Positions 29,828-37,783 of a DNA stretch of 64,000 bases are shown here, one piece after another. Origin of the DNA: a virus (Duplodnaviria; Heunggongvirae; Uroviricota; Caudoviricetes); IMG/VR virus record IMGVR_UViG_3300042892_001069; one strand, given 5' to 3'. The position numbers and the translations under genes are program-made. The first letter of the stretch is position 1. Every line of letters starts with the position of its first letter. Under the pieces are notes generated by a model that saw nothing but the letters and a program-made list of their open reading frames with translations, had not been told where the DNA came from and ran no database searches.

Positions 29828-30655
29828 ATGGCCAATAATCCACTACAGAAGTTCTTTCGTCAACCTAAAATCTTTATTAATTTACCCAGTAAAGGTCAGT
29901 ACAATAGTCCCGGAGAAATTACCGGGGATGTTACCAAGTTGCCAGTATACGGTATGAATGGTATGGACGAAATACTAATAAAAACTCCAGATGCTTTACT
30001 AACTGGTGAAAGTACTGTTAAAGTCATTGAAAGTTGTTGCCCGTCAATTACCAACGGATGGGCAGTTAGCAACTTAGATTTAGAATTAATATTAGCGGCC
30101 ATACGCATTGCTACCTATACTAATTCTATTACTGTTGGACATACTTGTGAGCATTGTCAAACAGAAAATGAATATGATCTTGAACTTTCAAAAATCATTG
30201 ATTACTATAATCATATTACTTTTGATAGTCGTGCTGTATTAAAAGATGTAGTTGTAAAATTAAGACCGTTGTGCTATAAAGAAGTTACAGAGTTTAGTCA
30301 ACGTAATTTTGAATTACGACAAAAATTAGAATCAGCGGCTACTATTGAAGACAGTGTTGAAAAATCTAAAGAAATGTCAAGATTATATGAAGCATACGGA
30401 TCTTTACAAGTAGAAGTGTATTCAGCTAACATTACTGCTATTGAAGTAGGATCTACTATTGTTAATGAACGAGCATTTATTAATGAGTGGTTAGTTAATA
30501 CTGAAAAATCTACGTTTGATCAGATTAAAGTCCACATTGATAAAAATACACAACTATGGGAAACTCCTCCGCAACTAGCGCAGTGTCAAAGTTGTGGTAA
30601 AGAAAACACACTTCGTGTTGCGTTAGATCATTCATCTTTTTTCGCAACCGCCTAA
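29828..30655 (+). CDS. Baseplate hub/tail assembly chaperone, gp26-like
   Basis: INLPSKG...MNGMDEILIKTPDALL, two CxxC motifs (CEHC, CQSC) and a SFF end. Confidence 0.75.
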   Translation: MANNPLQKFFRQPKIFINLPSKGQYNSPGEITGDVTKLPVYGMNGMDEILIKTPDALLTGESTVKVIESCCPSITNGWAVSNLDLELILAAIRIATYTNSITVGHTCEHCQTENEYDLELSKIIDYYNHITFDSRAVLKDVVVKLRPLCYKEVTEFSQRNFELRQKLESAATIEDSVEKSKEMSRLYEAYGSLQVEVYSANITAIEVGSTIVNERAFINEWLVNTEKSTFDQIKVHIDKNTQLWETPPQLAQCQSCGKENTLRVALDHSSFFATA

Positions 30656-30876
30656 CTAGATTATCCACCCAGGAAATTGAAGAGTATCTAGTTAGGCTTG
30701 ATAAAGAAGCAATTAACTTTAAAGAAGAATTGTTTAGAATTAGTTGGTATATGCGAGGTGGCGTTAGTATTAATGATCTAATGCATACCTACAGCTATGA
30801 AGACCGCACACTAATGTATAAAATTATTTCAGATAATATGGAATTGTCTAAAGTAATGCAACAGCCGTTTGTTTAA
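30637..30876 (+). CDS. gp51-like ORF, probably expressed as a -1 frameshift extension of the gp26-like gene
   Basis: The -1 frame is open 30601-30876 (RNRLTRLSTQEIEEYLVRLDKEAINFKEELFRISWYMRGGVSINDLM...QQPFV*). The slippery site T TTT TTC is at 30637-30643. The first ATG is only at 30751. Confidence 0.65.
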   Translation, partial: FFRNRLTRLSTQEIEEYLVRLDKEAINFKEELFRISWYMRGGVSINDLMHTYSYEDRTLMYKIISDNMELSKVMQQPFV

Positions 30877-31883
30877 TTAATGCCTTTAAACATTGGATTA
30901 CCTTTATAAGTTGAAGTACTAGGTACTTCTGATTTATAAGGTGATGTGTTTGTACTAGCCGGTGTTACTGGTTCGGCGGTTGATGTTGCGTCTTTTTCTG
31001 CCGGGGCAGCAGTATCGCTTGCTGTGTCAGCCGGTTCTCCGGTAATTTTTTCTTTAGCTTTTGCTTTAGCTGAATTAAATAAACCAGTAACACCATCGTA
31101 TGTCATTTTTCCAATATTGTCCAGCGTGCCGCCAATGAACATATCAGACCAAAGTTCTCTAGCTTCTTTAGTATTTAATGACGAGATAAGTGCTGCACGG
31201 GCAACTGCACTCATTGATCCCATATTGGCGCCAAGTTTTTGCGCAAATGAAGACCCACTACCTCTAAGCATTGCTCCCAGTGCAGTCCATCCAGATAAAT
31301 GTTTTACTATAGAAAATATAGGTCCAAAAGCGGCAATTTGAAATACCAATGTTGATTTTAGATGAGCAACACCGGCGTCGTATTTTTCTTTAGACATTCC
31401 GTTTTTTAATTGCTCATCAAAATATTCAATACCTTTGTTGTAGTCTTGAACCATATCATAAATTCCGTAGACTGATATAGCTTTGGCCACTAGTCCAGTA
31501 ACTGGAATTTTACTTATTAAAGATGCTCCACTTGGAAGTACTGGTGGAACAGGAGGTGTTCCTGGTGGCGGTGCTCCTCGTCGAGCAAGTCTATCAGCAT
31601 GAAACTGCTTAAGAACTTTGGCCATAAAGTTAGGATCTTTAGAATATATCTCTGCGGCACGTGGACCATATGTTGCTTCAATTTGGGCAACTGTGGGCTG
31701 AGTTCCACGCAGTGTGTTACGGATAATCTGACTATTTTGTGACATCATACTAACTAGGTCTCTACGTGAACCAGTTTGTGCGATATACTTAGCGCCGGAA
31801 GCAAGTCCTCTACCAGCCAGCTTTAACAGGTCAACAGCACCTTCTTGAACTGTATCCTCGCTAATTATGTCGTAAATCTTCAT
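30873..31883 (-). CDS. Hypothetical late protein (336 aa), possibly an internal head protein
   Basis: MKIYDIISE N-terminus, GAGGA RBS, and a late promoter GATAAATA at 31903-31910. Confidence 0.75.
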   Translation of the reverse strand: MKIYDIISEDTVQEGAVDLLKLAGRGLASGAKYIAQTGSRRDLVSMMSQNSQIIRNTLRGTQPTVAQIEATYGPRAAEIYSKDPNFMAKVLKQFHADRLARRGAPPPGTPPVPPVLPSGASLISKIPVTGLVAKAISVYGIYDMVQDYNKGIEYFDEQLKNGMSKEKYDAGVAHLKSTLVFQIAAFGPIFSIVKHLSGWTALGAMLRGSGSSFAQKLGANMGSMSAVARAALISSLNTKEARELWSDMFIGGTLDNIGKMTYDGVTGLFNSAKAKAKEKITGEPADTASDTAAPAEKDATSTAEPVTPASTNTSPYKSEVPSTSTYKGNPMFKGIN

Positions 31884-31920
31884 TTGTATATCCTCTATGT
31901 GATATTTATCAACTGTATGA

Positions 31921-32391
31921 AGAAGAACTAACGTTCTTCTGTGTTATCGCTTGCGCTCTAACACCTATTGTTTCTTTTTTATAAGAACTATTAAGTGCGA
32001 AGCACTGTAAATATTATCTAGATTGTTCAGTCACACTTTGCCCTGGCGGGCAAAAAATGAACATTATCTGAGTTGATCAGTTCACTTAACGTTACAGCAT
32101 TACAGTGGCGGTTGTCCGGTACCACGAGCTGAGTCTTTATACAACGGCGGGTCTCAAAGCATACGTTAACATGCGATAAGCCGTGGGTATTTCTCCCTCT
32201 TTTAGCCTTGTTTAAAATTTCTCTTATAAATCAAACGGATTGTATGTAGGCATATTCCATCGTGGTCCTGTTAAGGATACTGATTTACGTCTCTGCTGCC
32301 ACTCAGAATACCCTGCCGTCACACATCAGAACGGATTCGGGGCACAAATTAGTCGCCGGTGCGGGCTTATTTGGCAGTTAAACAGCCTGAA
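31921..32391 (-). ncRNA. Putative large structured non-coding RNA (or structured DNA element) directly 3' of the GIY-YIG gene
   Basis: About 470 nt with no ORF of 60 aa or more in a genome with otherwise tight gene packing, and at least 10 stems (listed in findings). Confidence 0.6.
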
Positions 32392-32394
32392 TTA

Positions 32395-32820
32395 TTAGCC
32401 TTTGAGTATATGCGAACCATGTACACGAACAGCAATATGTCCGTTATAATAGTCATTACTTTCTAAAACTTTGCGGGAAAATTGTTCTCTGGCCTCGATG
32501 TAAGAGCATTGCGCCTTGGATGTACAGTAATATAGGATTTCTCTACTGAAGTTTTCTTTGCCTAGTGTAGTTACGTCTTTGGTCAGCGCATCACTGGAGC
32601 CATAATACTCCATCCAATCGCTGTCAACTTTGCTACGAATTTTCTTCTTTTTCTTAGTTCCGTTCTTGAGCTTGACTACTTTATAGGTAGTTTTTGCGAA
32701 CTTGGCTAATTTTTTGCCTATATACTTTTTGCCAGAGATGTCGTTTGTTATCAAGTACACGAAACCTACACACTCTTCGGGAAGTGTTTCAACGATTTCA
32801 TTTTGATAAGTCCATGACAT
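32395..32820 (-). CDS. GIY-YIG family nuclease (141 aa, Seg-like catalytic domain only)
   Basis: GFVYLITN...KKYIGKK, YYGSS, FSREIL, a conserved Glu in YIEARE, and YYN. Confidence 0.85.
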   Translation of the reverse strand: MSWTYQNEIVETLPEECVGFVYLITNDISGKKYIGKKLAKFAKTTYKVVKLKNGTKKKKKIRSKVDSDWMEYYGSSDALTKDVTTLGKENFSREILYYCTSKAQCSYIEAREQFSRKVLESNDYYNGHIAVRVHGSHILKG

Positions 32821-32823
32821 GCA

Positions 32824-33090
32824 CTAATTAGTGTCACTGGGTGTGCCTTTGTCTTGATTCTGGTTTGCCTTGCGTTTTGCCTTGATTTGTTTCATGTCTT
32901 CATTTTTCCACTCTCGCCATTCTTGTACTTTTACACGACGAGCAGAGCAGATGCGCCTAATTTCACTTAACCACCAGCGAACATCCATACCCGCTCGCTT
33001 GGTGTCTTCGTTGAGCCATTTTTGATTTGCCTTAAAATACTCGCGAAAAGCTGCCATGAGTTCATCATGTAGCTGTTCGTCTTTGTTCAT
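32824..33090 (-). CDS. Small basic helical protein resembling the Hc1/histone H1-like family
   Basis: F..Y...N.KW....TKRAG..VR..LSEIRR....RR..VQE resembles the K.AG.RARK.L.E pattern of that family, with a Lys/Arg-rich tail. Confidence 0.5.
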   Translation of the reverse strand: MNKDEQLHDELMAAFREYFKANQKWLNEDTKRAGMDVRWWLSEIRRICSARRVKVQEWREWKNEDMKQIKAKRKANQNQDKGTPSDTN

Positions 33091-34868
33091 TACTCAGTAA
33101 CCTCTAAATCATTAGCGTAACTGGTAAATCCGTTTTCTTTGATAACACGCAGTACGTTGTTAACACGACCAATAAGTTCGTCTTTGTGACTGATCAGGAA
33201 TACATTCTTTTTACGTTCACGGCTTGTTTTCTTTAGTATACTCAATGCGCCTTCTACACCACTTGCGTCTAAGCCGTTGTCAATAAGTTCGTCAACAAAC
33301 AATAAATTAATCTGCTGATACAAACTTTCCCACACATCACGGAACGCCAGTGATAACGACAGAATCAATCTAGTGCGCTCACCTCTAGACAAGTTATCAA
33401 AGTCGAGATCTTGCCCAAGTTGTGTAATTTCAACGTTAAGATCGTTTAAGAAACTAACAGTATGCGGCAAGCCCATCTTGTCAAGATAGTAGGTTAGTCG
33501 GTTGTTTAAGTAGGCTAGATTTTGATCAATAATTTTCTTACGGATAAAGCTATCCTTACTGGTCAACAACTTGAGCAGGAACTCTTGATGGTCCTTTAAT
33601 GTACTAAGTTCATTGATACTATCCCAGTTGATTTCTTGAAGGGCAGTGTCAGTAAGCTCGTCAATTTGCTCTTGATAGGGATCACTTTCGCCTGCCTTGA
33701 TCTGTAGTTGTGTTTCTAAAGTTTTTAAGTTATTCTGATGTTTTAGTGCCTGCTCAACAGAGTCGTAATACGTATCCGGCCGCGGAGTTTGTTCACCAAG
33801 CGCAGTAATCTCTTTGTTAATTTTAGCTAGATCTTTTGTTACTTTGTCAAAGTATTTTTGTGCTTCATCTAAGTGCTTGGTAGCTTCAGAAGACATTTCT
33901 TCATGTTTATGATCATGAAGATCTTGTTCACAAGCGTGACACTTTTTGTCCTTTAACTTAGCAAGCTCACTAGCGTACTTTTTTACGCTTCGCTCCGCTT
34001 GCGCTGTTGCGCTGTCTAAAGTTGCCCGCTCCTTGTTCAGACTCTTGAGCTTGGCCGTGCGTTCTTCGTACACTTTTAGTTCAGCGTGTTTGGCAAGTTC
34101 TGCCTCAATATCTACACCTTCTAATTCGATAATTGCGCGACCAATTTTTTCTAATTCATTTTCGTGCTGAGTATTCCATGCGCTTTGTCTAGTAAATAAT
34201 CCGTCAATGCTTACTTGAATTTTTTCATTACTTTTCTTTGCCGCTTCTAAGTCGGCATTCTTTTGATAGATATCATCTTTAGTAGACTTAATCATTTCTT
34301 TAAGTGTTTCTGCCTTTTCACTAAGCAACGTAACTCCTAACAATTGTTCGATAATAACCCGTTGATCGTTAGCCCGCATACTAAGAAACGGCTCTGTGTA
34401 GGTGTTTAATGCTACAATATGCTTGAACATATCATGCGACATTTCTAACAACTCGTCAAGATCTTTTTGCGTTTCACGCATATCACCTTGTGCGTCATCT
34501 GACTCGTCAGTCTCCTGCTCTTGATCGTTTACATAGAACTTTAATACGTTAGGTTTCCGCCCACGCTCAATACGATAATTAGTTCCGTCTTTTTCAAACG
34601 CCAGTGTAACCAACATGCCTTTATTGTTAATCTTGTTAATAAGATTATCTTTTTTAATGTTAGTTAATGCGTTACCAAACAAACTATAACTTAGTGCGTT
34701 GACAATAGTTGTTTTTCCAGTACCGTTTCGGCTACCACTATCGTCACCGCCTTGATCTAAATTTTCACCCAATACTAACGTTAGATTTTCCTGTGCGAAG
34801 TTTACAGCCTGGGTCTGATTACCCACACTCATGAAGTTACGTACTGTTAATTCTTTAATTTTTATCAT
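33090..34868 (-). CDS. gp46: Recombination endonuclease ATPase subunit, gp46/Rad50/SbcC-like
   Basis: Walker A NGTGKTT, zinc hook CHAC inside a coiled coil, signature LSRGE, Walker B LLFVDE, and ISHK. Confidence 0.95.
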   Translation of the reverse strand: MIKIKELTVRNFMSVGNQTQAVNFAQENLTLVLGENLDQGGDDSGSRNGTGKTTIVNALSYSLFGNALTNIKKDNLINKINNKGMLVTLAFEKDGTNYRIERGRKPNVLKFYVNDQEQETDESDDAQGDMRETQKDLDELLEMSHDMFKHIVALNTYTEPFLSMRANDQRVIIEQLLGVTLLSEKAETLKEMIKSTKDDIYQKNADLEAAKKSNEKIQVSIDGLFTRQSAWNTQHENELEKIGRAIIELEGVDIEAELAKHAELKVYEERTAKLKSLNKERATLDSATAQAERSVKKYASELAKLKDKKCHACEQDLHDHKHEEMSSEATKHLDEAQKYFDKVTKDLAKINKEITALGEQTPRPDTYYDSVEQALKHQNNLKTLETQLQIKAGESDPYQEQIDELTDTALQEINWDSINELSTLKDHQEFLLKLLTSKDSFIRKKIIDQNLAYLNNRLTYYLDKMGLPHTVSFLNDLNVEITQLGQDLDFDNLSRGERTRLILSLSLAFRDVWESLYQQINLLFVDELIDNGLDASGVEGALSILKKTSRERKKNVFLISHKDELIGRVNNVLRVIKENGFTSYANDLEVTE

Positions 34869-35878
34869 AGATTGTTATAAATTGCTAATAGCGTATTTTT
34901 ATTAAATTGGTCAGAGTCAATGTTAATAATTTGACTGGACACAATTTGATCAACTGACTCGAATGCTTGAATATCGATATTAGTGTTAATTTCAATTTCT
35001 TTACGTTCGGCAATAAGGGTAAGCTCGCGAATATCATAATCCGCAATAAATTTTTCTTTAATAAAACTTGCTTCTTCGTAAGTAATATCAATATCTAAAG
35101 CAACCCGCAAATGTTGTTTAGGTCTAATGATAGTGCTAGCTTCGTCAATTAGTCTACTCAACGTCAGTGTGCGGAACGTAGGCTGACCCGGCCACGAATG
35201 AAATTCTGGAGATCCACCCCATTCAAGAATCATCATACCGCGATCGTCATCCCACGCATCTGAATAGTTGTGCGGAAATGCGTTACCAATGTAACACATA
35301 TTTTCATTCATTTGTCTCTTATGGAAATGCCCACTAAACCCCATTTCAAAGCCTTTAAATGCTTCTGCTTGTAGCTCGCCGTGGTCTGGCATCTGTACCA
35401 TAGCGTTCATAAAGAACTTGGGTAATTCAAAGTGCCCAAAGCAATATTTTCCTGATCGATTTTTAATAGTTCTCCACTCTTCACCAACTAGCCATGGGCA
35501 TAACGTAACATCTCCAATGGTAGTAACTTCGGGGATTACAGTAACACCTGGAATATATTTTCCAAACTCAACTGAATGAATGTCACGCTTATCTTTATAA
35601 TAAAGGTCATGATTGCCAGGAAAAAAGTAAAAGTTATCAAATGCTTGCCCTAACTTTTCTAATGCCCTAAGACTATAATCCATAGTGGTAATATTAAGAC
35701 TATTACGGTTATGGTGCCAGTCCCCCATAAAGATTCCTGTGTCACATCCTTCTTCTTTTGCCTTGGCAATATACCAGTCTACAAAATCTTCACAGTCTTG
35801 GTTGTGTGTATTACTATTTGACTTTAATCCAAAATGTATGTCTGTAAAACAGGCAATCTTTTTAAACATATTACTCAT
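34865..35878 (-). CDS. gp47: Recombination endonuclease nuclease subunit, gp47/Mre11/SbcD-like
   Basis: Metallophosphoesterase motifs DIHFG, GDWHH, GNHD, GHFE and SGHFH. Start placed at MSNMFKK, overlapping the upstream stop codon. Confidence 0.93.
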   Translation of the reverse strand: MSNMFKKIACFTDIHFGLKSNSNTHNQDCEDFVDWYIAKAKEEGCDTGIFMGDWHHNRNSLNITTMDYSLRALEKLGQAFDNFYFFPGNHDLYYKDKRDIHSVEFGKYIPGVTVIPEVTTIGDVTLCPWLVGEEWRTIKNRSGKYCFGHFELPKFFMNAMVQMPDHGELQAEAFKGFEMGFSGHFHKRQMNENMCYIGNAFPHNYSDAWDDDRGMMILEWGGSPEFHSWPGQPTFRTLTLSRLIDEASTIIRPKQHLRVALDIDITYEEASFIKEKFIADYDIRELTLIAERKEIEINTNIDIQAFESVDQIVSSQIINIDSDQFNKNTLLAIYNNL

Positions 35879-36704
35879 TGTTACTGCTTTCCTCATTACG
35901 TTTTACTGCGGCAGCATGTTCACCGGCACCAGTACGTGAGTAGCTTGGATTCATACCATTCATCTCAAGAATATCATCACGTATGTTTTGATTACGTTTT
36001 TCAATATTAATAACACGAACAAAACTATTAGTAACAGCCGCAGTAAAATAAGCAAATGGATTGTCTGATTTTGACTCATCAAATTGTAAACCAATTTGTG
36101 TTAACTGTAGAATAGCCTGCCCCTTCATTTCGTCATTGTATGTATAGCCACGAACGTTGCCGCGAGTAGCATACCTCTCACATAATTTTAACATCATTCG
36201 TGCTAAAGTTGGAGTAATTTGGCCTGCGTCTTTGTCAAACTTTCCCTTTTCAAGATCACCCTTCCAATGGCTTTTGCCCACACAAACTATCTCATCTTCG
36301 TCATTAAATTTCCAATGCTGGAACGGAGGAAAGTTAACTTTATCTCTATGATCTGCTAGACTTTTAGGGTTTTTCTTACGGGTGTTATTAAGCGGAATAT
36401 GATCAAACGTCATAATTCTAAAGACTAAATCGGTCTTTTGTATCTTCTTATAGTCTACCTCGCAATCAGCCTGTTTAACTTTTTGCCCATCTTTTTTCCT
36501 AGTAGCATAGTCTAAATCACCTATTCTTTTAGCCTGATTCCTTTTGGCTTCTGCTACTGTGCGTATGTTTATTTTGTCTACACTTGGCAAAATAATGTCA
36601 TATTGATGGTACTTTGGATCAGTAAAACTACAGTATGATGTCTTACTCCTGTGTATTTCTAACAACATATCTTTGTTGTTTAGATAGTTAACTTTAGCGG
36701 TCAT
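35871..36704 (-). CDS. gp55: Late transcription sigma factor, gp55-like
   Basis: NYLNNKDML, YTYNDEM and FDESKSDNPFAYFT motifs, with the T4 gene order 55-47-46. Confidence 0.85.
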   Translation of the reverse strand: MTAKVNYLNNKDMLLEIHRSKTSYCSFTDPKYHQYDIILPSVDKINIRTVAEAKRNQAKRIGDLDYATRKKDGQKVKQADCEVDYKKIQKTDLVFRIMTFDHIPLNNTRKKNPKSLADHRDKVNFPPFQHWKFNDEDEIVCVGKSHWKGDLEKGKFDKDAGQITPTLARMMLKLCERYATRGNVRGYTYNDEMKGQAILQLTQIGLQFDESKSDNPFAYFTAAVTNSFVRVINIEKRNQNIRDDILEMNGMNPSYSRTGAGEHAAAVKRNEESSNNE

Positions 36705-36725
36705 GGATCATTCCTATTTTAAGTT

Positions 36726-36754
36726 ATTATAAACTACGCGGTTAATAAAGTCAA
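36726..36754 (-). promoter_or_regulatory. Sigma70-type (early) promoter for the gp55-gp47-gp46 operon
   Basis: TTGACT-N17-TATAAT on the minus strand, about 20 nt upstream of the gp55 start. Confidence 0.85.
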
Positions 36755-36761
36755 ATAAATA
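36755..36761 (+). promoter_or_regulatory. Late promoter for the baseplate operon
   Basis: ATAAATA about 20 nt upstream of ATG 36781, back-to-back with the sigma70 -35 box. Confidence 0.65.
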
Positions 36762-36780
36762 CTTGCCAAAGGGATACATT

Positions 36781-37782
36781 ATGGCAATCAAAGGACAAAA
36801 TTTACAATCGACTATAGCGGCTACTACAGCAACGTTTGGGGCGGTTACATCGGCGGTTGGCACGGCACAGCGACTTGGTTCGGCACTATCTAGTATAGGT
36901 AGCGCATCTGATGTTGGTAGCGCAATCCGCAGTATCAATCTTCCATCAGCGGGTGAAGCAGTAGGTGATATTATGGGTGCTATCTCCATGTTTGGCGGCG
37001 GTGGCGATAATCCTAATGATTGGCGTGTTAAACTAAGCATACCAAACTGGGTCAGTTTTAAAAATAGTGCTGTACTTAAACCATTGAAAGATGCTGGCGG
37101 ATTTATATTCCCCTACACTCCAGAAATTGCAATCAGTAGCAGTGCAAAATATACTCCAATTAGTCCAACGCACAGTAATTATCCCTTTCAAGCCTACTCA
37201 AATAGTGATCCTGGCACAATCACTGTAACTGGCGACTTCAACGTAGAAGACAGCACACAGGCATTGTATTGGATTGCCTGTGTTCACTACTTGCGATCGG
37301 CAACAAAAATGTTTTCAGGTTTTGATCCTAAAGCCGGAAATCCTCCGCCAATTGTAAAATTAAATGGGTACGGTGCGTATGTGTTTAAAAATGTGCCAGT
37401 AGTAATACAGTCTATGAAAATTAGTCTAGGTAAAGAATGCGATTATATTAGTTGTAATGTAGTAGGAAGCGCCGCCGGCGAAATTGCCGGAATTGCTGAC
37501 AGCATTGGAGGCCTTGCTGACGCAGTTGGCGGAGCCTTACCTGGGCTGAGTGGAATCACAAGTACGGTAAGTAGTATAGCAGGCGGAGTTGGCCAAGTAG
37601 CAAGTCTATTAGGTAGTTTTGGCCTTGGTGGCTCTACTAGTGGCGGCACCGCACACGTACCAACAAAAAGTACAATAACAGTTACATTAATACCTGCTTA
37701 CAGTAGAGCAAGTGCTCGTAGTTTTAGTCTTGATAGGTTTGTACAAGGTGGATACATGAACAACTCAGTAGGATACGTATAA
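36781..37782 (+). CDS. Baseplate/tail-tube initiator-like protein (gp48/gp54-like)
   Basis: FIFPYTP, HSNYP, LRSATKM and GNPPPIVKLNGYG..FKNVPVVI motifs. Start set at MAIKG, after the late promoter and AAGGGA. Confidence 0.65.
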   Translation: MAIKGQNLQSTIAATTATFGAVTSAVGTAQRLGSALSSIGSASDVGSAIRSINLPSAGEAVGDIMGAISMFGGGGDNPNDWRVKLSIPNWVSFKNSAVLKPLKDAGGFIFPYTPEIAISSSAKYTPISPTHSNYPFQAYSNSDPGTITVTGDFNVEDSTQALYWIACVHYLRSATKMFSGFDPKAGNPPPIVKLNGYGAYVFKNVPVVIQSMKISLGKECDYISCNVVGSAAGEIAGIADSIGGLADAVGGALPGLSGITSTVSSIAGGVGQVASLLGSFGLGGSTSGGTAHVPTKSTITVTLIPAYSRASARSFSLDRFVQGGYMNNSVGYV

Positions 37783-37783
37783 T

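Noticed and set aside
31921-32391. Identification of the element as RNase P RNA, tmRNA, tRNA or a group I intron
   Set aside because: CGGCUUAU resembles the RNase P 3' motif, but there is no GAGGAAAGUCC partner. I see no tRNA-like ends or T-loop, no clear group I P7 core and no interrupted host gene.
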